Shown: in pieces, positions 10,865 to 19,269 of the stretch | Layout: each line of letters opens with the position of its first letter | Position numbering within the stretch: the first letter of the stretch is position 1 | Origin: Diplonema japonicum | Taxonomy: Eukaryota > Protista > Euglenozoa: Diplonemea | Direction of reading: 5' to 3' | Length of the DNA: 64,000 bases | Assembly: GCA_964019335.1 (NCBI GenBank) | Contig: OZ025705.1 | Span: forward strand, 186,001 to 250,000 | Notes under the pieces: model-generated | Seen by the model: the letters and a program-made list of their open reading frames with translations, nothing else | What the model was told of the DNA's origin: nothing | The model's database searches: none | Position numbers and translations under genes: made by a program

Positions 10865-11818
10865 TCACCCGATGAGCTTGCACTGAGAGGCAACGTCGCA
10901 AGTCACCCTGCACTGGGCGTACCACTGGCTCTGCTGGTAGCAACGGCTCGGTGCCTCACAGCAAGAGGGTGACGACAGGCAGCTCCCCCACTCCGCGATC
11001 TTGAGACCAGAGCAGGTGCCTGCGGGAGGGGGCAGGTTCGTGGGGACAGTTGCGGTGGTGGTACTGCTGCCGCTGTTGCTGTTGCTGCTGCTGGTGGTGG
11101 TGGTACTGCCACTTTTGCTGCCGCTGCTGGTACTGCCGCCGTTGAGGCTGCTGCTGCTGCTGCTGGTACTGCCACTGCTGGTGGTGGTGGTGGTACTGCC
11201 ACCACTGTTGCTGCTGCTGCTGCCACCATTACCACCACCAAAGTTGTTGCTGGCACCGTTGAAGTCAAGGTCGATGGCGTTGTAGAAGCTGGCAGAGGTG
11301 TCACCGACATCCCAGACTGCAAGGACCACGTGGTAGCCGCTCCTGGTCGGGACCGTGCAGGAGTGGGTCACCCCAGAGAGAGGAGGCTGCTGCATCTCCC
11401 CGTCCACCGTGCAGAAGGGGGTCCCCTCCAAGGTCTCCCTCCCGAGAGGGTCCACCCCGTTCCACCCTTCCTTCGTGATGAAGTACCTCCAGTCCCGCGT
11501 CACATGGTTCGCCCTGAAGGCCCACGTGAAGTCCATCGCCCCGCTGCTCACAGAGGTCTTCGCCCACCTCGTCGTCGACTGCTCGTTCAGGGGTGTCCAG
11601 TTGTCCTTCCCAGCAGCAGCCACCGTCCCGTCCGCAGGGCCCGTCTCGGGGTACCGGTCCTTCCCCTCCACGCTCTGCGGCTCGTACTGCACCGCCCCGC
11701 AGTTCGTGTTCCTCTTCTGGTTGCACGACCAGCTCCTCGACGACGGGGTCACCACGTAGCCGTGCCCCTGCGCTGAGGCGAACAGGGCGGTCACGCAGAC
11801 AACAGAGCGCAGCATCAT
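10865..11818 (-). CDS. AA10 lytic polysaccharide monooxygenase (GbpA/CBP21-like) with Ser/Thr linker and CBM1-like module
   Basis: Signal peptide ending AQG, mature His1 (HGY), QYEPQSVEG, ANH, WRYFITK, VLAVWDVGDT.ASFYN; ATG follows a poly-A run. Confidence 0.95.
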   Translation of the reverse strand: MMLRSVVCVTALFASAQGHGYVVTPSSRSWSCNQKRNTNCGAVQYEPQSVEGKDRYPETGPADGTVAAAGKDNWTPLNEQSTTRWAKTSVSSGAMDFTWAFRANHVTRDWRYFITKEGWNGVDPLGRETLEGTPFCTVDGEMQQPPLSGVTHSCTVPTRSGYHVVLAVWDVGDTSASFYNAIDLDFNGASNNFGGGNGGSSSSNSGGSTTTTTSSGSTSSSSSSLNGGSTSSGSKSGSTTTTSSSNSNSGSSTTTATVPTNLPPPAGTCSGLKIAEWGSCLSSPSCCEAPSRCYQQSQWYAQCRVTCDVASQCKLIG

Positions 11819-11827
11819 TTCTTTGTT

Positions 11828-11885
<58 letters not shown>

Positions 11886-12688
11886 TGTTTTGGGGTTACA
11901 AAAACCTGGGTGCGTTGAGGTGGATAGGAAAGGAGAAGGAATAAAAGGAAATAAAGAAGCCCCTCCCTCAATTCTGTACCAAAGCAAAGGAGCAAAATAC
12001 AGAAAGGGGGTGAGATAGGGGGTGAGTGAAGAAAAAAAGAGAACAACATCTTCAACATCAGCAGCTTTTCTCTCTCGTTCTTTTATTTTATTTTTTTTCG
12101 GACAAGAACTGTAGCAAATGGCTAAGAGGAGAAGGGGAAGAAGAAAAAGTTGGTGGTTGATGCACACCAACCAAGTTAGGGGGAAGCCAAAAGCAAAAAC
12201 AAAAACAAAAGGAGTATGCTGCACACCTTGGAGGAAGAAATAAATATTTCAAAAAAAAGAAGAAGAAACCCCATTGATCTTCCAGGATAGCCTGTGGAAG
12301 TATGGAACCAAATGAAATGAAATGAAGACCCTCCAGCGCACACACATATCGGAAAAAAGGAAATCAAAAAAAAAAAAAGAGGAAAAAAAAAGAGACATTT
12401 AAGGGTACCTGCGGTATGTAGCACGACGCCTGAAGAAAGAAAAAAGAGTTGGCGGTTCGTTGTTTGTGCAAAGTCGGCGATATCCCGTAGAAAGTTAAAG
12501 CCGAACAGCCTCGACTCTTGGTGTTTTGAGATGTAGTCATCGGAAATTTATATATTTTTAATAAAAGAAAGAATAAAAGAAATTTCTTTTTTATTTACTG
12601 TAAACGAAAAAATCCGGAAGAGAAAAAATATCCGTTTTCCTTTTACAGTAATTTTTTTTTTTTTTTTTTTTTTATGTTGAGGAGGATG

Positions 12689-13459
12689 TCAACAGCAGCC
12701 CTGCTTCTTGCAAACCTTTCCCAACAGGATGTCAGAGCAGCCCTGCTGCTTGCAGACCTCTTCCAGATTGGAGGCGTTGCTCTCGCAGGAGAGACCCTTT
12801 GCATGCATCCTGCCCAGAACAGTCGACTCGGAGAGGTAGAAGTTCGCGAAGGGTGTCATGAAGTCCTCGGAGATGCTCTTCTCGCAGAGCCCCGTCTTCA
12901 TGAGGGCTGCCCGCCAGTTTTGCACCTTCGGGTAGCCGTGAGCAAAGTCGTAGCCGGTCTTCTCCTTGATGATCTGTGTTCGGTGCAGCAAAGGAAGCCA
13001 GGTCATGTCCACTGTGCTCACGGTGTCGCTGTTGAAGAACTCCGCCCCCCCAAGCACCTTCTCCACCTTCGCAAAGGCCGTCGCTATCTTCATCGTCCGC
13101 TCCCTCAACGTCTCCCCGTCACTGCTGGACTGCGCCCCGCACTGCGGCATGTAGTTCTTGCTCCCGAGGTACCCCCAAGCCCTGTTCTGCGCCCTCTGCA
13201 CGAGGCTCAGGTCCGGCTGCAGGGCAGGGTAAGCCTCCTCGATGTACTCCGCGATCGCCTCCGACTCGAACAGCACCTCCTCCTTCTCCGTCACAAGCAG
13301 CGGCACCTGCCCGTTGGGCGAGATGTCCAAAAACCACTGCGGCTTCTCCTTCAGGTTGATGTACTCCACAACGTAAGGGGTCTTCTTCGCCTCCAGCAGG
13401 GCCGTGATCCGCTGAACGAAGGGGCAGATCTTGAAGCTGATCACTTTTAGCACCGGCAT
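12689..13459 (-). CDS. Glutathione S-transferase, Cys-type (CPF motif, omega/DHAR-like), bacterial-like
   Basis: ICPFVQR, KPQWFLDISPNGQVPLL, LFESEAI.EYI; ends in CC. Confidence 0.92.
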   Translation of the reverse strand: MPVLKVISFKICPFVQRITALLEAKKTPYVVEYINLKEKPQWFLDISPNGQVPLLVTEKEEVLFESEAIAEYIEEAYPALQPDLSLVQRAQNRAWGYLGSKNYMPQCGAQSSSDGETLRERTMKIATAFAKVEKVLGGAEFFNSDTVSTVDMTWLPLLHRTQIIKEKTGYDFAHGYPKVQNWRAALMKTGLCEKSISEDFMTPFANFYLSESTVLGRMHAKGLSCESNASNLEEVCKQQGCSDILLGKVCKKQGCC

Positions 13460-14521
13460 TTTGCTTTTTTGTTTTTCTCTCTTTTTCTTTTTTTTTTTAT
13501 GGTGGTCTACTTTAAAGAACGTTTCCCATTAGGATATAGAAAATATTTTTTAAAAAAAGAACAAAAAGATTTTTCTCTTTTTCCTTCCCCCTTCCTGTCC
13601 CTGACGGCGCCAAAGGATATTCAACGGCCTGAGAGGTCGTCCGAAGGTTCAGAAGGGGGAAAGGAGAAAGGGAGAGAGGGAGGGAAAGTTTAAAAAAGTA
13701 GATGCAAACTCCGCGCGAGAGCCGCAGGCCAAAAAAAAAAAAAAAAAAAAAAAGAATAAGAAAAGTCGGAGTGTATATTTTCTTAGAAAAGGGGGCCTTC
13801 TTGTCGAGTGCATGCTGGTCACACCACAAAAAAAAAGGTCTGTTTTATTTATTTTTTTCATTTTTCAAAAATAGAAAAAAGCCGCCATTTCCACGTAAAA
13901 ACGATTTTCGCCTTTCATAAAAGGAAGCAGGGAAGACAGACAGAGGCAACAACCCGTTGCCGTCTGTTGTCGTGTTAAGGAAGAAAGAAATTGAAAACAA
14001 AAAAAGATAATAAAAGAAAAGAGAATTTAAAAAAAAAAAAAGCAATCGAGGGAGAAGAATACCAGAGGGGGGGGGGGGGGGGGTTGAGCAAAAGACGATT
14101 GTCACAAAAGGGAAAAGAGAAAGGGTCACACATCATGGGTGAGAGAGAAAAAAAAGAAGGGAAGCCAAAAAAATAAAATTCACTATGATAGGAACGAAGT
14201 GGTTAGCAACGGCCCGCCATAAAATAAAATAAAAGAAAGTGATGAAGGAAAGCAGCTGTCCCCTGGGAATACGGGTCCACAGGGAGGAGAACACAGACAT
14301 GTTGCGTAGCGAAAGACAAAGGCGTGACTCAGAGTCACGAAAGGTCACCCTCGCCTCACATTGCTGTGCCTCTTCAGATGGTGTGGTTCATTTGTTTTGT
14401 TTTATTTATTTTTTTGTTTTTCTTTTTAAAAAACTTTTGGCTTGTCATCCTTCATTTTTTTTTTGTTCTCATTCTTCAATCCTCGTTTCATTTTAACATT
14501 TTTAGTTTTTTTTTTTTTCCA

Positions 14522-14794
14522 TCACCCGATGAGCTTGCACTGAGAGGCGACGTCGCAAGTCACCCTGCACTGGGCGTACCACTGGCTCTGCTGGTAGCAA
14601 CGGCTCGGTGCCTCACAGCAAGAGGGTGACGACAGGCAGCTTCCCCACTCCGCGATCTTGGGACCAGAGCAGGTGCCCGAAGGAGAAGGCGGGTTCGTGG
14701 GGACAGGTGTGGGAACAGGGGTCGACACGGGAACAGTGGACCCACCTGCTGGGGTGGGTGTGGGTGTGGGGGTGGGTGCAGGTGTGGGAACAGG
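14522..14794 (-). pseudogene. 5'-deleted LPMO copy (Pro/Thr linker and CBM1-like module only)
   Basis: Matches 25721-25978; joined at 14794/14795 to the KMP-11 3' region; no in-frame ATG. Confidence 0.85.
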
Positions 14795-14949
14795 AAAGAG
14801 GGCTGCAAAAGCCGTAGCTGTTGCTATCCACTCTTTCTCTTGTTTCAAAATCAAAGATAAGTTTAAAGACGGGGAAGAGGAGGGACTCTTTCCTCCTCGA
14901 AAAAAAAAATAAAATACTTTTTTATCTACAATTGCGGGGCAGAGAGGGC

Positions 14950-15226
14950 TTATTTCCCAGGGAATTGAGCGTTCTTCTGCTGCTCAAGGAGTTCCTGGAA
15001 CTTCTGCTTGAAGTGAGCGGAGTGGTCCCTCATCTTCTTGTTGAACTTGTCGGTGCTCCTTGATCATCTTCTCGAACTTGTCGTAGTGCTCCTTCATCTC
15101 AGGCGACAGGGTCGACTCGTCGGGCTTGTCCGCGAAGAACTTCTTGTTCTGCTCCTCCATCTTCTTGCTGAACTCGGCATCGAGGCGGTCGAGCTTGTCG
15201 CTGAACTCCTGGTACGTGGTGCACAT
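14950..15226 (-). pseudogene. KMP-11: KMP-11 copy with a 2-bp deletion frameshift
   Basis: cggtgctcct at ~15051 versus cggtgtgctcct in the intact copies; could be a sequencing error. Confidence 0.75.
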
Positions 15227-16122
15227 CTTTCTCTTTTTTTTTTTTTATTCTTCTTGCTTTTGTTGTTTGTAAGTAGAAGTCCTGAAAAAAAGAGAAGAAA
15301 AATATGTATAAATAAATAAAAAGAAGGAAATAAGCAAAAATAGAAGCAAGATGTAGATCTATCTGCACTCGAGACAACATTATGAGCTTCACGAGCTCCC
15401 GCCGACCCAACAGCACACGGGAGAGTGATTCAGCAGCTCCTTCACATGTGTCCAAAATATTCTGAGAGGGAGAGGGAGAGAGAGAGAAGGAGAATTCAGT
15501 ATGATAGAAGACCTAACAATAGAAAGAGGGAGAGTTCTTACAGCTTCTTTGCGGTTTTCCCTTCATATAAGGTGGTGCAAAGGAAAGGGCTGTTAAAACA
15601 AGACAAAAAAGGAGTTAGCTGAACTAATTTAAAGAGTTTAAAAGGGTTCAAATAGAAAGAGGAGGAGAAGATGAAGACAAGATAAGTATATTCGGAGTAG
15701 GAGGAGGAACTAGACTAAATGAAATTACGTGCAAACTGCACTTGCTAACGAGATATTTTGCATGTCAATAAAAAAGTTATCCTTGAACGGAACCTGCAAT
15801 ATGTGACAGGATCGCCTAACGACACAATCAACGCATCTAGGAAAAAAGAAGTAATAAATAAGAGAGAGAACATTTAAAAAAAAGGGGGGAAGAAAGGGAC
15901 AAATCTTTGTAAGACGTCCCCTCCCCTCTTTGATATAGAAAACCAGCAATGTTATATATGGAAGGCAATGAGGTTTCCTTTTCACGTTGGAGAGATAAGA
16001 AAGTTATGAAACACGTGTCAGTGGCTAGCCCCTTTCTATTAACGAAGGGGTGTAAGCAAACACACACACAAGTTTCTTTCTTTCTTTCTTTCATCTTTTT
16101 TTTTTTTTAATTTCATCTTCTT

Positions 16123-18819
16123 TCAGCGGGCTCCAGATGGGGGAGCGAAGCACGTGCATGTCTTGGGAACACCCGCCCCCCCGTTGTTGGGGCCACTCGG
16201 CTTCTTGCACATGGGTCTGTCGAGGCAGCCCTTCGAGGCGTCGTAGTGGCACTGCGAGGAAGCCACACAAGCCGCCTCGTCCTGTTTGAGCGAGCACTGC
16301 TCCCCCGCCGTGACCACGAAAACAACGAAGTGGAGGAGGTCCTTGGTGATGGGGACTTCCACGGGAGGTGCCCCTGCCGCCACCTCCAGCTTGAAGATCG
16401 CGGTCGGGAGGGGCTTCCTGTCGGAGGGCGCCCCAGGGAAGGTGGGAACGTACTTCGGACCACAGCTGCCTGCCTCGAAGCCTGCGTTCAGAAGCCCCTG
16501 CGGAAGGCCCCCGTTCCTAGTGCTGCTGCACGGGGGGCAGTTGTGGAGCACCACGTAGAAGGTGCAAGGGTCGCTCGCCTGGTTTGCAGGGCAGGTCACC
16601 TTCAAGGACATCCCCTTCCTTCCGTGTGCTCCCATGTGCGCCGTCGACCCCGCCAGCCACGAGGGTATCCCCGTCCACATCTGCCCGCTCACGTCGTCCT
16701 TCACAACAGAAGAAGACCCTTGTTGCCCCCCCGCAGCTGCAAGCGGCAGCGTCATCGCCATCACAACAGGGTCTTGATCCGCCGCCGGTGGCACCTTCAC
16801 CGTCACCAAAGCAGGGCCCCCAACAAGCTCCACCATAGGGGCGGCGGCGGAGGGACACTTTGCTGAGATGTCGTAGATCTCGAGGCTCTTCCCGAGGCCG
16901 CTGAGGAAGAGGTGGTCTCCTTCCACAAGGAGCGCGAGGACCATCGCAACCTCGTCCTTCGCGAGGAGAGTGAAGGTCCCCGTTGTCGCTGTCTCCTCCA
17001 GCACAAAGACGCCGTCGCCGCCCGTCCCTCGACACGCAAGGTACAACCTCGACCCGCGGAAGTGCATGTCTTGGCAGTTGGTCGCCTCGGTTGGGGCGTT
17101 CAACGGTTGCTGGGAAAGCGAGGCAGCGTCGGCCTTCCAAAGCTGGTCGGACACCTGGCTCACGTACAGAGAACCCTCATGGTACACAATCCGCCCAAAG
17201 CCGAAGTCGGGGATGGCCTTCATCGCGTGGAGCGACGGGTTCGCAGGATCCGACACGAGGAAAGTGCTGATCCTCCAGTGGGACGTGGAGGCCTTCGCTG
17301 CGTACACCTTCCCGTCGTGGTGGACCATGTCCATCGTCTCCAGGGAATCGGTTTCCGTTGTGAGTGCTGGTGTGTACATCCCCACCAGGTTCAAGGACCC
17401 CTTCGTGAGCACGTAGAAGGACTCCAGTCGAGTCATCTCGTTCATGTAAGCCACGTAGATGTGGTGGGCCGACTCCGCAATCCCACGGTCATTCCTACGG
17501 TTCGCGTCTTGTGGGGCGAAGGTGTTCAACACTGCAGGGACCGCAGGATTCTGCAGGGTGTACACAACCATTGCGTGGCGCCAAGCAACGTACAGCAGGT
17601 CCCCACTCACCAGTACAGCACGTGCATTACCGTGGGCCCCTTTCGGGATCTCCCCCAACTCCACCGGGTTCGCCTTGTCCGCCACATCCACAACCCTCAC
17701 CTTCCCCCCCAGCTCTGTCCCATACACATAATCTCCGAACGACGTCAAGTCCATCATCGCATCAAGAGCCCCCGGTCCTGTTTTCCCAACAAAAACAAGC
17801 TCCATGGGGGTACATCCTCCGGACGAGATCTCGTAGACCTGGAGGGTTTTCCCGAGGCCGCTGAGGAAGAGGTGGTCTCCTTCCACAAGGAGCGCGAGGA
17901 CCATCGCATCCTCGTCCTTCGCGAGGAGAGTGAAGGTCCCCGTTGTCGCTGTCTCCTCCAGCACAAAGACGCCGTCGCCGCCCGTCCCTCGACACGCAAG
18001 GTACAACCTCGACCCGCGGAAGTGCATGTCTTGGCAGTTGGTCGCCTCGGTTGGGGCGTTCAACGGTTGCTGGGAAAGCGAGGCAGCGTCGGCCTTCCAA
18101 AGCTGGTCGGACACCTGGCTCACGTACAGAGAACCCTCATGGTACACAATCCGCCCAAAGCCGAAGTCGGGGATGGCCTCCATCGCGTGGAGCGACGGGT
18201 TCGCAGGATCCGACACGAGGAAAGTGCTGATCCTCCAGTGGGACACGGAGGCCCTCGTTGCGTACACCTTCCCGTCGTGGTGGACCATGTCCATCGTCTC
18301 CAGGGAATCGGTTTCCGTTGTGAGTGTCGGTGTGTACATCCCCACCAGGTTCAAGGATCCCTTCGTGAGCACGTAGAAGGACTCCAGGCGAGTCATCTTG
18401 TTCATGTAAGCAACGTAGATGTGGTGGGCCGACTCCGCAATCCCACGGTCATTCCCACGGTCCGCGTCTTGTGGGGCGAAGGTGTTCAACACTGCAGGGA
18501 CCGCAGGATTCTGCAGGGTGTACACAACCATTGCGTGGCGCCAAGCAACGTACAGCAGGTCCCCACTCACCAGCACACCACGCGCCTTCCCGCGGGCTCC
18601 TCTCGGGATCTCCCCCAACTCCACCGGGTTCGCCTTGTCCGCCACATCCACAATCTTCAAATTCCCCCCCAGCTCCGCCCCGTACACATAATCTCCGAAC
18701 GACGCCATGTCCACCATCGCATCAAGAGCCTGCCCCGGTCCTGTCCCTGCCCCTAGCTTCTTGAGACCCTGGCTTCCCACGCAGAGAGCTGCGAACAGCA
18801 ACATCTTCAACATCAGCAT
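16123..18819 (-). CDS. Secreted LVIVD-repeat (double beta-propeller-like) protein with a Cys-rich C-terminal domain
   Basis: Signal peptide; GDYVYGAELGGNLKIVDVADKANPVELG and VSGDLLYVA repeats; two 960-bp units; C-terminal CPPCS..NGGLP..GSCGP domain. Confidence 0.85.
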   Translation of the reverse strand: MLMLKMLLFAALCVGSQGLKKLGAGTGPGQALDAMVDMASFGDYVYGAELGGNLKIVDVADKANPVELGEIPRGARGKARGVLVSGDLLYVAWRHAMVVYTLQNPAVPAVLNTFAPQDADRGNDRGIAESAHHIYVAYMNKMTRLESFYVLTKGSLNLVGMYTPTLTTETDSLETMDMVHHDGKVYATRASVSHWRISTFLVSDPANPSLHAMEAIPDFGFGRIVYHEGSLYVSQVSDQLWKADAASLSQQPLNAPTEATNCQDMHFRGSRLYLACRGTGGDGVFVLEETATTGTFTLLAKDEDAMVLALLVEGDHLFLSGLGKTLQVYEISSGGCTPMELVFVGKTGPGALDAMMDLTSFGDYVYGTELGGKVRVVDVADKANPVELGEIPKGAHGNARAVLVSGDLLYVAWRHAMVVYTLQNPAVPAVLNTFAPQDANRRNDRGIAESAHHIYVAYMNEMTRLESFYVLTKGSLNLVGMYTPALTTETDSLETMDMVHHDGKVYAAKASTSHWRISTFLVSDPANPSLHAMKAIPDFGFGRIVYHEGSLYVSQVSDQLWKADAASLSQQPLNAPTEATNCQDMHFRGSRLYLACRGTGGDGVFVLEETATTGTFTLLAKDEVAMVLALLVEGDHLFLSGLGKSLEIYDISAKCPSAAAPMVELVGGPALVTVKVPPAADQDPVVMAMTLPLAAAGGQQGSSSVVKDDVSGQMWTGIPSWLAGSTAHMGAHGRKGMSLKVTCPANQASDPCTFYVVLHNCPPCSSTRNGGLPQGLLNAGFEAGSCGPKYVPTFPGAPSDRKPLPTAIFKLEVAAGAPPVEVPITKDLLHFVVFVVTAGEQCSLKQDEAACVASSQCHYDASKGCLDRPMCKKPSGPNNGGAGVPKTCTCFAPPSGAR
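16870..18740 (-). repeat. 960-bp (320-aa) tandem duplication inside the LVIVD gene
   Basis: Shadow ORFs offset by 960 (16970/17930, 17459/18419); long identical stretches. Confidence 0.9.
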
Positions 18820-19269
18820 CTTTTCTGTCTTCTTTTTTTTCTTTTGGCGTTTGTCGCCTTTTTCTCTTTTTTCAGTTAAAAAACCTGTGGTGGAAAGTTG
18901 CGATCAAAGGACCATAAGAAAAGGATTAACAATATTCAAAGAAAATAGGAAAAAGTAGCAACAAGAGGCCATAATAAGTATATAAAAAAAGGGGGCTGCA
19001 AAGACATAGCCTTGCTCCACTATTTTCTTTGTTTCAAAATCAAACGTTGGGTGACAACTCGGCCGTTGAAAGAAGATAAAAAAAAAAGATAAATTTAAAA
19101 TAAAAAGAAGAAACACACAAGAAATAAAAGCGCAGGTAAGACACGTTCATAAAGACAAAGAGAAAGAAAGAAAAAAAGGGGGGTGTTCAATCGCTACTGT
19201 CAATGGTCAAGGAAAGAAAAAGGAGACATAAATTAGAGGAAAGATCTTTTTTCTTTTTTTCTCCTGCTT

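Larger units (their letters stand above)
9450..14794. repeat. Segmental duplication copy A (KMP-11, LPMO, GST, LPMO 3' part); copy B is at 21059-25978
   Basis: Same gene order, near-identical CDSs and collinear intergenic blocks. Confidence 0.9.

Noticed and set aside
11819-12058. Poly-Lys/poly-Phe N-terminal extensions in the ORF track (LPMO, K2P, carrier, exchanger, cathepsin)
   Set aside because: Read-through of homopolymer UTR or intron tracts from non-ATG or upstream starts; the LPMO needs His1 after the short signal peptide.
14522-14854. Chimeric ORF MILKQEKEWIATATAFAAL plus linker and CBM
   Set aside because: The start is TTG within the KMP-11 3' region; no in-frame ATG.
15350-15460. 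Weak resemblance to the beta-tubulin upstream region (60365-60510)
   Set aside because: Only scattered 6-9 nt matches; cannot be distinguished from chance.
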